Below are positions 1 to 9,765 of a stretch of DNA of 64,000 nt, piece by piece. Made by a program: the position numbers and the translations under genes. Origin of the DNA: an uncultured bacterium. Lineage in GTDB: Bacteria; AUK180. The stretch covers positions 23,817-87,816 of the forward strand of contig CALMGJ010000014.1 of the NCBI GenBank assembly GCA_937863565.1, in the 5' to 3' direction. Within the stretch, counting starts at the first letter, position 1, and the number at the start of each line of letters is the position of its first letter. The notes beneath the pieces are model-generated. The model was not told the origin of the DNA. It worked only from the letters and a program-made list of their open reading frames with translations, and did not search any database.

Positions 1-2
1 CG

Positions 3-1082
3 ATGGTCCTTGCGGAACTGATGCGGATAAAGGACGGTATTGCGATCGCCGGCTCGCACGGCAAATCCACCACTACGGCCATATGCGGAAAGGTCTTTAT
101 AGATTCAGGTGCGGACCCTACCGTAATAATCGGCGGAAGGTTCGATTATATCAAGGGTAATGCCCAGCTTGGGAAGGGGGATTTCCTCATCGCTGAAGCC
201 GACGAATCCGACAGATCATTTTTGCACCTTTCCCCCGTGATAAATATCGTCACTTCCATCGACAATGATCATCTCGATACGTACGGCACGCTGGCGGATC
301 TGAAAAGAAGTTTTGCCGAATTTATGAACAAAGTGCCTTTCTTCGGTTTCAATATAGTGAATGCGGATGACGATAATATCAAAAGCATCCTTTCGGCCGT
401 TACGGCAAGGTACCTCACTTATGGTCTGGATCCGGGAGCAGATTATAGAGCGGAGGATATTTCGTTCAAGGGAAGAGGGATGGAATTCCGAGCCGTGAAA
501 CGCGGCGCCGACCTTGGCGTTTTCTCCATCCCATATCCCGGTGAACATTATGTGGCCAATGCCCTTTCCGTGATAGCGCTTACCGATATGCTGTCGATGG
601 ACCAGGAACCCGTAAGACGCTCTTTGAGCTCCTATTCGGGATTGAGCCGGAGGATGGAGTACATGGGAACTTATAACGGCGCAGCTGTCTACAACGATTA
701 CGGGCACCATCCCACGGAGATAAAATGCACGCTCGGCTCTTTCGTAAAACTTAAGAAAAACAGGCTTATAACCGTTTTCCAACCGCACCGGTTCACGAGG
801 ACGAAAATGCTTTTCAAGGAATTCTCCCGTTGTTTCGATGATACGGACCTGTTGTTCATCGCCGACATCTATGCCGCTTCGGAAGATCCCATCCCGGGGA
901 TAAATTCGAAGGTCCTTGCCGAAAAAATAGGCAAGAGGAAAAGAAACGGCATTATATATCTCGGCAATACGGACATTAAAAACGCACTTGAGGGGATTCG
1001 GCCGGCCGCCGGAGACATCATTCTTTTCCTCGGGGCGGGGAACTATTTCGAGAACGCCCGCAGGCTGGTGAATGAAGATTAA
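3..1082 (+). CDS. murC: UDP-N-acetylmuramate--L-alanine ligase MurC, C-terminal ~360 aa; the 5' end lies outside the window
   Basis: Mur-ligase motifs GSHGKSTTT (P-loop), EADESDRSF and NDYGHHPTEI. It is the first gene of a murC-murB-ddl-ftsQ-ftsA-ftsZ run. Confidence 0.9.
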   Translation: MVLAELMRIKDGIAIAGSHGKSTTTAICGKVFIDSGADPTVIIGGRFDYIKGNAQLGKGDFLIAEADESDRSFLHLSPVINIVTSIDNDHLDTYGTLADLKRSFAEFMNKVPFFGFNIVNADDDNIKSILSAVTARYLTYGLDPGADYRAEDISFKGRGMEFRAVKRGADLGVFSIPYPGEHYVANALSVIALTDMLSMDQEPVRRSLSSYSGLSRRMEYMGTYNGAAVYNDYGHHPTEIKCTLGSFVKLKKNRLITVFQPHRFTRTKMLFKEFSRCFDDTDLLFIADIYAASEDPIPGINSKVLAEKIGKRKRNGIIYLGNTDIKNALEGIRPAAGDIILFLGAGNYFENARRLVNED

Positions 1083-1899
1083 AAGGAATGTCCCCCTTAA
1101 CAGAATGGCATATATCGGGATCGGCGGTTCTGCCGAGACCGTATTCTTTCCGGAGAACAGAGATGAGGCGGCGGAACTCATTTTGAAATTCGGCCGCGGA
1201 TTGAACATAGTCGGAGGATGTTCCAACTGCATATTCGAGGACGGAACGCATACGCGGCCTTTTCTTTCCACGGTATTCCTGAAAAAACTGAGGTACGGTG
1301 CGTTCATAGAAGCGGAATGCGGACTGCCGTCCCAGGCCCTGAACGCGTTCGCCCGTAAAAAGGGTTTGAGGGGATTCACGGCGCTAACCGGAATACCCGG
1401 TACGCTCGGCGGCGCCCTGAACGGCAATGCCACGGCATCTTCGGATTCCATCTTTGATATTTTAACAAAAGCTGAAGTGATCGGACTAGACGGAAAAGTC
1501 CGGTCATTAACGCATTTTTCACCCGGATACCGCACCGGTAATATAGAAGGCTTCATATATTCGGCAATGTTCCGTATTGTTCAGTGCGACAGGTCTTCCC
1601 TTGACACAATGATAAAGGACATACTCAGAAAACGGCGGACGCAACCCGGAGGAAGGACATGCGGCAGTGTGTTCAAGAACCCGCCGGGCGACCATGCGGG
1701 CCGTCTTATAGAGGTGTGCGGCCTGAAGGGCCGGAAGAGCGGGGGACTTGAGATCAGCAGGGAACACGCGAACTTCTTCGTTAACAAGGCCCGTGCCCGC
1801 TTCACTGATTTTATCGAACTTCTTGATACTGCACGGAACACCGTGAAGGAGAAATTCGGCATAGAACTCGAACCGGAGGTTAAGATAATCAGACGATGA
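1072..1899 (+). CDS. murB: UDP-N-acetylenolpyruvoylglucosamine reductase MurB
   Basis: Short-type MurB features (GIGGSAE, GSVFKNPPG, EHANFFVN). It overlaps the murC stop and shares an ATGA overlap with ddl. Confidence 0.85.
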   Translation: MKIKRNVPLNRMAYIGIGGSAETVFFPENRDEAAELILKFGRGLNIVGGCSNCIFEDGTHTRPFLSTVFLKKLRYGAFIEAECGLPSQALNAFARKKGLRGFTALTGIPGTLGGALNGNATASSDSIFDILTKAEVIGLDGKVRSLTHFSPGYRTGNIEGFIYSAMFRIVQCDRSSLDTMIKDILRKRRTQPGGRTCGSVFKNPPGDHAGRLIEVCGLKGRKSGGLEISREHANFFVNKARARFTDFIELLDTARNTVKEKFGIELEPEVKIIRR

Positions 1900-2828
1900 A
1901 ACCGAAAACGCTGGTCGTTATGGGAGGCACATCAAGGGAGAAGGACGTGTCTTTAAGAAGCGGCGAGAATATTTATCAAGCATTGAAGAAGAAGGGTTTT
2001 GAAGCCGAACGGTTCGTTTTTGACGGCACCAATACTGCCCGCTTCCTCGAAAGGGATTTCGATATAGCATTCAGCCTTATCCATGGCGGCGAAGGCGAGG
2101 ACGGCCGTCTTGCGGCTTTTTTTGAAATGAACGGCATCCGATATGTGGGGTCGTCCCCTGAAGCGCAGTCCGTCACTATGGCAAAGCATCTCTGCCAGCC
2201 CGTGATCGGCGAGTTCGGGATGCGGATCCCGGAGCATGAGACCTTTTTCACAAATTCGGAAGCAAAAGAGAGATTGCCGCAATTCTTCTCGCGCTTCAGA
2301 AAAGCCGTTGTGAAACCCTCACGCGAAGGCTCGAGCGTCGGCATCAGAATATGCTCCGATGAACATAAAGCCGTTGAAACGGTCTCGGAACTTTTAAATG
2401 AATACACCCCCGTTGTCGTCGAGCGTTTCGTTGAAGGGACCGAAATTACATGCGGGATCATAGAAATGAACGGTTCGGTAAAGGTTTTCACGCTGATGGA
2501 GATCAGGGCGAAGAACGAATTCTACGATTATCACGCCAAATATACTTCCGGTATGACAGATTTCGTCGTTCCGGCCTCGATAGAAGGGAAATCCGCCAAG
2601 GAGATAAAAGCGCAGGCGGAAACGCTGTTCCGGAAATTCGGGCTTAGGGATTTCGCGCGCCTTGACTGCATACTCGGCAAAGAAGGCATATACTGGCACG
2701 ACATCAACACCGTTCCTGGCATGACGGAACTGTCTGACCTCCCGCAGGTAGCCGCATATGACGGAATGAGATTCCCCGACCTGGCGGAAGCGATACTTTT
2801 GAACGCATATGAGAGATATGAAAAATAA
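1896..2828 (+). CDS. ddl: D-alanine--D-alanine ligase
   Basis: ATP-grasp Ddl pattern (HGGEGEDGRL, KPSREGSSVGI, NTVPGMT), in dcw cluster context. Confidence 0.9.
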   Translation: MKPKTLVVMGGTSREKDVSLRSGENIYQALKKKGFEAERFVFDGTNTARFLERDFDIAFSLIHGGEGEDGRLAAFFEMNGIRYVGSSPEAQSVTMAKHLCQPVIGEFGMRIPEHETFFTNSEAKERLPQFFSRFRKAVVKPSREGSSVGIRICSDEHKAVETVSELLNEYTPVVVERFVEGTEITCGIIEMNGSVKVFTLMEIRAKNEFYDYHAKYTSGMTDFVVPASIEGKSAKEIKAQAETLFRKFGLRDFARLDCILGKEGIYWHDINTVPGMTELSDLPQVAAYDGMRFPDLAEAILLNAYERYEK

Positions 2829-3471
2829 ACTTGCGGTCCTTGCCGCTCTTCTTTTATTCTGCGGATGCGGGAACGATAATTTCCGTGTGAAGGACATCCG
2901 GTTTGACGGGATCGTGAACTCCGACCCGAACTGGGTGGCATCGAATTTCACCGAACTGAAAGGGAAGAACATCCTTGCCTGCGATCCGGACCCCGCTGTG
3001 GAAAAAGTGAAGAAGAACCCTTATGTAAAAGATGTCTTCTATCTGAAGGTCCTGCCTTCGACACTGGACGTCAAGATCGTTGAAAAGAATGTATCGGGCT
3101 TTACCGTGATCTCGGGAAAAGCCTGCAATATCCTCGAGGACGGTTCTATCGTCTCAGGCAGCAATAAAGAGGGCATAGAGTTCAATTTTAATATGGAAGT
3201 AAAACGGGAATACACCGCCTATGTTCTCAGGAAGATCTCGGAAAGCGGCCTTAATCCCGTCCGTTGCGTAATAGAGGAGAATGAAGTCGACATTGTTCTG
3301 AACGACGGTTTCACTGTCAAGCTGGATAAGGGAATGAAGGAGATAGAGAAAACGGGGCATCTTGATATCATCAGGAACGAGATAACCCCGAAAGAGGGAA
3401 GAACGATAACCGGATTGGACTTGAGATTCAAGGATCTGGGTATATTGATATCGGGAGGTGGCAATGAGTAA
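2809..3471 (+). CDS. ftsQ: FtsQ-like cell-division protein (POTRA domain), short form with a lipoprotein-like N-terminus
   Basis: Sits between ddl and ftsA. A hydrophobic N-terminus (LLLFCGCG) is followed by a POTRA-like segment (VKDIRFDG...VKDVFYLKVLPSTLDVKIVEK). Confidence 0.6.
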   Translation: MRDMKNKLAVLAALLLFCGCGNDNFRVKDIRFDGIVNSDPNWVASNFTELKGKNILACDPDPAVEKVKKNPYVKDVFYLKVLPSTLDVKIVEKNVSGFTVISGKACNILEDGSIVSGSNKEGIEFNFNMEVKREYTAYVLRKISESGLNPVRCVIEENEVDIVLNDGFTVKLDKGMKEIEKTGHLDIIRNEITPKEGRTITGLDLRFKDLGILISGGGNE

Positions 3472-4711
3472 TCTATGCGCCATAGACATGGGCAGTTCGC
3501 AATTTAAACTGCTGATAGCTTCCTTCGCCGGCAGCAGTTCGGGAGAGCTGGAGATACTAGGAGCAGGCGCGAAAAAATGCGAAAGCGCGATCAGCGACGG
3601 AAAACCGGTCGATCACGAACTGGCAACGCAGACACTGAAGGCCGTCTATGAAGAAGTGCTGAACGTGAGCGGCGTGAAGGCCAAGGACATCGAACATTTC
3701 TTCGTGAATATCACCGGTTCCCATATCAAGGGATACGAGGGGACGCAGAACAATTTCGTTTCGATCGAACATTCCGATAGAAGGATAAGGAAATCCGATA
3801 TAGACAGGGTCATACAGAACTCCCACGCGGAAGGCCTTCTTGAGGACAGCTATATACTTGATAAAATACCACGCGGATTCAGCGTGGATAGCACGCCATT
3901 CATACGCAATCCTAAAGGGCTCGAAGGGAAAAAGCTGACGGTAAATACATATATAATTGCTACCAACAAGTACCAGATCAATAATCTCTCCAATATCCTT
4001 TCCGATGCAATGGGAGTGAAAAGGCCGATCTTCGTTTTGAATTCGATCGCTTCCTCCTTCTCGTCCGTGAACGATGATCAGAAAGAGATCGGTGTGATCG
4101 TGATAGATATAGGCGGCGGGAACGTGGATATCGCGGCATTCAATAACGGTTCCCTCCTCTTCACTCACTCTTTCCCTGGCGGAGGTAAAAGCATTAGTTT
4201 CGATATAGCGAAGGATTTTTCCATGAGCCTGGAGGACGCGGAGAAGCTGAAGGTCAATTTCGAAAAATGCCAGAATTCGGGAAAAATCAGCGTCCCCATA
4301 CGTACGATAGGCGGCTACGAGATCGAAGCGCGCATTCCCAATGTCAGAAAGGACATCTCGGAAAAGATAAATGAGATCTTCGGCAATACGTACAATAAAC
4401 TTCAGTATTACCTCGAACAGGAGCACTTTGCTGCGGGCATCGTGCTCACGGGCGGGGCATCAAAGACCTTTGATATCATGGAGACGGCCCGTGCGCATTT
4501 CCCGCTCATGGTGCAGATGGCGAATTACCATAATACGGGGATAGCGGGATGCGAACGCATTGAACAGCCGTACGAGTTCGCGACCGCGCTCGGACTTCTA
4601 AAATGGGGCCGCGAATACGTACGAAATAAAAGAGAGCACAAAGGTGTTCGCGGAAAAAGCGGGAACCTTCTTGACATGTTCAAGAAAATGTTCAACGACC
4701 TTAAAGAATAG
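3458..4711 (+). CDS. ftsA: Cell-division protein FtsA
   Basis: Actin-like ATPase motifs (AIDMGSSQFK, VIDIGGGNVDIA, VLTGGASK), immediately upstream of ftsZ. Confidence 0.9.
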   Translation: MAMSNLCAIDMGSSQFKLLIASFAGSSSGELEILGAGAKKCESAISDGKPVDHELATQTLKAVYEEVLNVSGVKAKDIEHFFVNITGSHIKGYEGTQNNFVSIEHSDRRIRKSDIDRVIQNSHAEGLLEDSYILDKIPRGFSVDSTPFIRNPKGLEGKKLTVNTYIIATNKYQINNLSNILSDAMGVKRPIFVLNSIASSFSSVNDDQKEIGVIVIDIGGGNVDIAAFNNGSLLFTHSFPGGGKSISFDIAKDFSMSLEDAEKLKVNFEKCQNSGKISVPIRTIGGYEIEARIPNVRKDISEKINEIFGNTYNKLQYYLEQEHFAAGIVLTGGASKTFDIMETARAHFPLMVQMANYHNTGIAGCERIEQPYEFATALGLLKWGREYVRNKREHKGVRGKSGNLLDMFKKMFNDLKE

Positions 4712-4720
4712 GAGGACCAT

Positions 4721-5860
4721 ATGAACGATATTTCCATCATGTTCGAAGAAATGTCGACCAAGATACATATCTTCGGTGTCGGCGGCTGCGGAGGGAACGC
4801 CCTGAACAATTTCATTAGGCAACACGGCGACTGCAGGGTTAAGACGATCGCGGTCAATACCGATAATCAGGACCTCAATAAAAGCAATGCCCAGGAAAAG
4901 ATCCTCATCGGCGAAAAAGTGACGAAGGGCCGCGGGACAGGTGCTCATCCTGACCTGGCGGAGAAGATAGCCGAGCAGGAGATGGAGATCATAGACGCGT
5001 CCGTGAAGAACGCCGATATGGCCATCATCTGCTGTGGTCTCGGCGGCGGTACAGGCAGCGGTGTAAGTCCTGTAATAGCAAGGGCTGCCAAGAAGAACGA
5101 TGCCCTTACATTGGCGATTGCCACAGTCCCCTTTAAATTCGAAGGCGGTGCGAAGATCAAGATCGCGAAGGAGTATCTTACAAAATTGAAGGAGATCGCG
5201 GATGCCGTTATAGTGGTGCCCAATACGCGCCTGATCAAGGGCTCGGGAATAACGATGCAGCGCGCATTCGAATGGGGCAACGAGATCCTTGGCACGGCGA
5301 TCCAGGTGATGTCCGACCTTATCAATGAGACCCAGTATATCAATGTCGACTTCGAGGATATCAAAACAGTGCTCAAAAGCAGCAAGGACGCATATATATC
5401 GATGGCGACCGTCACCGAAAAGATGATCGGGGAGAAAGGGAAAACGAAAGGAGAATTGATAGTCGACGAACTGATGAATTTCCCGCTTATCGACGCGGAA
5501 ACGATAAAGAACATCCAGAGAGCCATTCTGTATGTTGAGATGGGCCAGGAGGAGGATGTGAGCGTAATGGATGAGATCCAGACGAGAATGCTGCCGTATA
5601 TCCGACCGAACGGGAATATCATCCCTTCGATCGACCTGAAGCCCGGTTCCAAGGACATCCGGGCCACGCTTATCGCAGGGGATTTTGAAAGGGATGATAA
5701 CGAGTATTATTTCTCAGACCTTACTACGATGAACCAGCAGTTCCCGACAACTCTTTTCGGCGATGTGAGGAAAGTGAGCAATATGACGAACAGGAACGTT
5801 TCCGCCAACCCCATGGGTAATCTTGATTTTCCTCCGAGGATGGACAAGGATATCGACTGA
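4721..5860 (+). CDS. ftsZ: Cell-division GTPase FtsZ
   Basis: Tubulin signature GLGGGTGSG, IAVNTD, and a GGAGG Shine-Dalgarno sequence upstream. Confidence 0.95.
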   Translation: MNDISIMFEEMSTKIHIFGVGGCGGNALNNFIRQHGDCRVKTIAVNTDNQDLNKSNAQEKILIGEKVTKGRGTGAHPDLAEKIAEQEMEIIDASVKNADMAIICCGLGGGTGSGVSPVIARAAKKNDALTLAIATVPFKFEGGAKIKIAKEYLTKLKEIADAVIVVPNTRLIKGSGITMQRAFEWGNEILGTAIQVMSDLINETQYINVDFEDIKTVLKSSKDAYISMATVTEKMIGEKGKTKGELIVDELMNFPLIDAETIKNIQRAILYVEMGQEEDVSVMDEIQTRMLPYIRPNGNIIPSIDLKPGSKDIRATLIAGDFERDDNEYYFSDLTTMNQQFPTTLFGDVRKVSNMTNRNVSANPMGNLDFPPRMDKDID

Positions 5861-7233
5861 TGTGGAAAAGGCGGCGCGAACTGGAGGCTCGAACGGCTGT
5901 TGAAAAGCGCCTTTTTGAAAGAGGCCGCCGCCTTCGCGAAAATGCCGCGTTGATATTTCCCAACACATATTTCGCCGGTATGTCCTATCTCGGGTTTCAG
6001 CAGATCCTGAAAACGCTGAACGAGGACATTGGGCTCGATACAAGAAGGTATTTCTTCGAACATGAAAGTGACCCGATCGCCATGGAGGATTTCAAGCATC
6101 TCTCTGATTTTTCCATACTGCTCATCTCGGTCCCCTATGAGAACGATTTCGGGAATATCCCGGCCCTTCTGAGAAACGCGGGCATAGAACCGGATAAAAG
6201 GAAAAGGAAAAAAGAACCTCTGATCATCATTGGCGGCCCTGCCCTTACGATAAATCCGCATCCTCTCAGGAATGTGGCGGATATCTTCATTTTCGGCGAC
6301 GGTGAGGAAAAACTCGAGCGAATCTTTTCCGAACCGGAGCGGATAAGGGATGATGCTTATCTGGAGGCCCTTAGCGGCATAAAAGGCATAAAGACGGTTC
6401 CCGGTCCGAACGAGAATATCGGGCTTCTTGAGACATGCTACAATGAAAGGGACCGGATACCCCGTAGCGGGATCATTTCGGAGAGGACGTTTTTCGGGAA
6501 TATGTTCCTCATCGAGATCGGGAAGGGCTGTTCACAAAGATGTAAATTCTGCACGGCGAGCAGGATATATCCGCAGGTCATACACAGGGACTCAGATGAG
6601 CTTAACGCCATCATAGAAACCGGTGCGGAACAAACGAAGCGGATAGGGCTTATCTCCCCGTGCGTTCTTGATCATCCGGGGATCATCGATATACTGCGTT
6701 ACGGGGCTGAACACGGGCTCGAGATGTCGACATCATCGCTCTTCCTCGAAAAGATCGAAAGCGAGATCGTGGACCTCCTTGAAAGGAACGGCAACAAAAG
6801 CATTACGGTAGCCGTGGAATCCCTTTCGGAAAAAGCACGTTTCTTCTGCGGAAAGACTGTTCCGGACAGGGTCATCCTGGAGCGGGCGGATATGATCCTC
6901 CGGTCATCCGTTAAGATCCTGAAGGTCTATCTGATCCTTGGTCTTCCACACGAAGAAGACGGCCCGGAAGAGCAGAAAAGACTCTGGGACGGTCTGGCGG
7001 ATATATCATATTCGCGCGGCGGGGAGATCCACTTCAGCGTTAATGCTCTCGTCCCTAAAAGATACACGCCGTTCGCCGGACTCGGATTTCCCGGCAAGGA
7101 AAAGATCAGAAGATCTTATGCTGATTTCAAAAAGAGGTTCAAGGGTATGAAGGTGAAATTCGAACCCGTGAACGATATGCTGGATCAGTATTACTACTCT
7201 CGCACAATGGAGGATATTCTTGAAAAAGTATAG
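5860..7233 (+). CDS. Radical SAM protein with an N-terminal B12-binding-like domain (resembles the uncharacterised TIGR03960-type family)
   Basis: CxxxCxxC motif (GKGCSQRCKFCTAS). The N-terminal FPNTYFAGMSYLGFQQIL is typical of that family. Its start codon overlaps the ftsZ stop (TGATG). Confidence 0.75.
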   Translation: MWKRRRELEARTAVEKRLFERGRRLRENAALIFPNTYFAGMSYLGFQQILKTLNEDIGLDTRRYFFEHESDPIAMEDFKHLSDFSILLISVPYENDFGNIPALLRNAGIEPDKRKRKKEPLIIIGGPALTINPHPLRNVADIFIFGDGEEKLERIFSEPERIRDDAYLEALSGIKGIKTVPGPNENIGLLETCYNERDRIPRSGIISERTFFGNMFLIEIGKGCSQRCKFCTASRIYPQVIHRDSDELNAIIETGAEQTKRIGLISPCVLDHPGIIDILRYGAEHGLEMSTSSLFLEKIESEIVDLLERNGNKSITVAVESLSEKARFFCGKTVPDRVILERADMILRSSVKILKVYLILGLPHEEDGPEEQKRLWDGLADISYSRGGEIHFSVNALVPKRYTPFAGLGFPGKEKIRRSYADFKKRFKGMKVKFEPVNDMLDQYYYSRTMEDILEKV

Positions 7234-8053
7234 TATTTTGGTATTTCTTATCGCTGCAATGCTTTATGCGGATATCGCCCCATTTATTACCGGGGGATCC
7301 CCGATGTTCATGGATATGTACGGCGGATCCGATTTCAATCCTTCATACGCCGCATTTGAGAGCGGGTTCACGCTCACGGCTGCAAGCGATTTCATATCGG
7401 ATAAGAGATACGCATGCGATCTTTCCATGAATTTCAAGCTCTCCTCATCCGTTTCCGTTTCAGTGAAATACGGCGGTATCCTCTCCAATGCAGCACTTTT
7501 AAGATTTAACCTGAACGCAAGAATGGCAAGGAATTTTTATGCGGGTATATCAATGAACAATTTCCTCACGGGGGACAGCACATACGGTTTTGATGTGGGT
7601 TGCCTCTGGGATACCGGGGAATATCTTTACGGACTCTCGATCGTGAATCTTGGGAACATCAATGCCGGCGCCGGCCTGATAGGCATGTACGACGTGGGGC
7701 CTTTCCCGGCAACGAGGTTCCCGTTCTTGAATTTCACCGGAACCGACGGGGAGATCCTGAAAAGCGGCATGATCACGAACATCATGTTCAAGAGCGGCCG
7801 TCTCTACATGACGGCGCTTTTTGACTTCTATATCTCATCTGTTGAGGACCTGAAAGATATTTCCGCGGCGAATTTCAAATGGGGGGCTCTGTACGGCATC
7901 TCCGAAGATACGATGCTCGGTTTCGGCCAGAACTCGGAATTCAACTCCCTTGGCCTCGTATACAGGATATGGAAGATCACGGTCAAGTACGCATATCTGT
8001 GGCAGCCGAGTAAATTCTCTCACCATCTTTTCTCTTTAGCGCTTCAATTCTAA
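7220..8053 (+). CDS. Putative outer-membrane beta-barrel protein of unknown family (weak PorP/SprF-like N-terminus)
   Basis: TTG start 6 nt after GGAGG. It has a signal peptide, alternating beta-strand-like sequence and a C-terminal ...LALQF. It overlaps the radical SAM gene by 14 nt. Confidence 0.45.
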   Translation: MKKYSILVFLIAAMLYADIAPFITGGSPMFMDMYGGSDFNPSYAAFESGFTLTAASDFISDKRYACDLSMNFKLSSSVSVSVKYGGILSNAALLRFNLNARMARNFYAGISMNNFLTGDSTYGFDVGCLWDTGEYLYGLSIVNLGNINAGAGLIGMYDVGPFPATRFPFLNFTGTDGEILKSGMITNIMFKSGRLYMTALFDFYISSVEDLKDISAANFKWGALYGISEDTMLGFGQNSEFNSLGLVYRIWKITVKYAYLWQPSKFSHHLFSLALQF

Positions 8054-8087
8054 TGCCCGCAGCCGGGTCTTACCCGCTGATCCGGAT

Positions 8088-8116
8088 TTGGAATAACAGC
8101 GATTTTATGATAAAAT
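8088..8116 (+). promoter_or_regulatory. Sigma70-like promoter candidate (TTGGAA-17-TAAAAT) upstream of the M50 protease/trpS genes
   Basis: Hexamers read directly from the sequence with 17-nt spacing, 22 nt upstream of the ATG at 8138. Confidence 0.35.
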
Positions 8117-8137
8117 AATAAATTATACGGAGAATGC

Positions 8138-8758
8138 ATGAACGATTTCCTGTACCGTCTTGCGGCGGTAGGCGTAGTCATACTGTCGGCCTCGTTCCAT
8201 GAAGCCGCTCACGCTTATGCCGCGGATAAAATGGGCGATCCGACCGCCAAAATGATGGGCCGGATGACCCTGAACCCTATAAAACACATAAGTATCATCG
8301 GAAGTATAGTAGTTCCTCTCGTCCTTACGCTGATCGGAAGCAGGTTTTTATTTGCCTGGGCAGAACCGGTCCCCGTGAATCCGGGTAATTTCCATGACAG
8401 GAAAAAGGGGGAGATCGTCGTTTCCGCGGCAGGCCCTCTTGCCAATGTGGGGCTTTTCATCATTTCCGGGCTTTTTATCAGATATCTGTTCACGCTTCGG
8501 GCTCCCGATGAGACCCTCGTGCGTTTCATTTTCCTTATTTTCCAGATCAATGTCATGCTATGTTTTTTCAATCTGCTCCCGATCCCTCCGCTGGACGGTT
8601 CTCATATCCTGGAACAATTCCTGTCATACAGGGCCAAAAACATATATCATGCCATTGCGCCCTTCTCGTTCATACTGATAATCCTCCTTATTCAAGTGAT
8701 ATCTCCGTTCATATTCTTCATGATCAATTTCCTTGCCAAGATCATTATAGGTGTGTGA
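8138..8758 (+). CDS. Site-2 protease family (peptidase M50) membrane metalloprotease
   Basis: HEAAHA (HExxH) in a transmembrane segment, NLLPIPPLDGSHIL motif, and several hydrophobic helices. Confidence 0.75.
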   Translation: MNDFLYRLAAVGVVILSASFHEAAHAYAADKMGDPTAKMMGRMTLNPIKHISIIGSIVVPLVLTLIGSRFLFAWAEPVPVNPGNFHDRKKGEIVVSAAGPLANVGLFIISGLFIRYLFTLRAPDETLVRFIFLIFQINVMLCFFNLLPIPPLDGSHILEQFLSYRAKNIYHAIAPFSFILIILLIQVISPFIFFMINFLAKIIIGV

Positions 8759-9765
8759 TGAAAACGGTACTTTCCGGAACAAGACCTACGGGCAAGCTTC
8801 ATATAGGCCATCTGAAGGGGGTCGTAGAGAACTGGGTCGATCTTCAGAAGGACTACAGGACATACTATTTCATTGCGGACATACATTCTTATACGAACAA
8901 TCTTTCTTCGGACAAGAAGCAGTATGTTCTCGATATCGCAAGAGATCTTCTGGCCGCAGGCATAGATCCTTCAAAGTCGGTCCTTTTCATCCAATCCGAA
9001 GTTCGGGAACACGCGGAACTCGCGCTCTACCTCTCGATGACCACGCCCCTTTCCTGGGTGCAGAGATGCCCGACATTCAAGGAAGCGATAGCGGATATCA
9101 GGGCCGCCGCTTCTGAAAGCGGAGAGGAGATCAAAGATGAAAGCGGCATCTCAACGGGGCTTCTGAATTACCCGATACTCATGACCTCGGATATCGTGCT
9201 CTATGATGCCGATTATGTCCCTGTGGGTGAAGATCAGCTGGCGCATCTCGAGATATCAAGAGAGATCGCACGACGCTTCAATAATCTCTTTGGGGACACC
9301 CTGAAGGAACCGCAGCCCCTTCTTGCCAAATACCCCAAGATACTGGGACCGGACAGAAGGAAGATGAGTAAATCTTACGGAAACTGCATATATCTGAGCG
9401 ATACGCCCGCTGAGACCGGGGCGAAAGTGATGTCGATGATAACCGACCCGGCCAAAATAAGGCGTGCAGACCCGGGAAACCCTGACATATGCAATGTTTA
9501 CGATTATCACGGCATATTCGGTTCTTCGGGACTCGATGAAATAAAGGAAGGATGCAGAAAGGGAACGCTCGGTTGTGTCGAATGCAAGAAACGGCTGGCG
9601 GCGGAACTCACGGAAATCCTTGATGCTCATAGAATGAAAAGAGCTTCGCTCGGGACAGACGGAGATATTTCCGATATCCTCGGTGAAGGAAGGAAAAAAG
9701 CGCAAACGGTCGCCGTAGCGAAATTGAACGATGTTAAAAAGAAAATGGGAACGGGGCTTTTATGA
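8758..9765 (+). CDS. trpS: Tryptophan--tRNA ligase (with a Cys4 Fe-S-type motif)
   Basis: Class I motifs GKLHIGH (HIGH) and KMSKS. The ATG at 8758 overlaps the M50 stop (TGATG). The upstream part of the listed ORF (8560-8757) lies inside the M50 gene. Confidence 0.9.
   Translation: MKTVLSGTRPTGKLHIGHLKGVVENWVDLQKDYRTYYFIADIHSYTNNLSSDKKQYVLDIARDLLAAGIDPSKSVLFIQSEVREHAELALYLSMTTPLSWVQRCPTFKEAIADIRAAASESGEEIKDESGISTGLLNYPILMTSDIVLYDADYVPVGEDQLAHLEISREIARRFNNLFGDTLKEPQPLLAKYPKILGPDRRKMSKSYGNCIYLSDTPAETGAKVMSMITDPAKIRRADPGNPDICNVYDYHGIFGSSGLDEIKEGCRKGTLGCVECKKRLAAELTEILDAHRMKRASLGTDGDISDILGEGRKKAQTVAVAKLNDVKKKMGTGLL

Noticed and set aside
216-1556. A 446-aa ORF on the minus strand spanning murC and murB.
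   Set aside because: It is antisense to two genes with unmistakable Mur-family motifs. Over murC it runs in exact codon register with the sense frame, so it stays open simply because TTA, CTA and TCA codons are avoided. Its translation is low-complexity and rich in Pro, Arg and Ser, with no motifs. It is a shadow ORF.
8560-8757. A 66-codon N-terminal extension of the trpS ORF in the supplied track.
   Set aside because: It lies entirely inside the M50 protease gene in another frame. The TrpRS homology (TGKLHIGH) starts right after the ATG at 8758, which overlaps the M50 stop.
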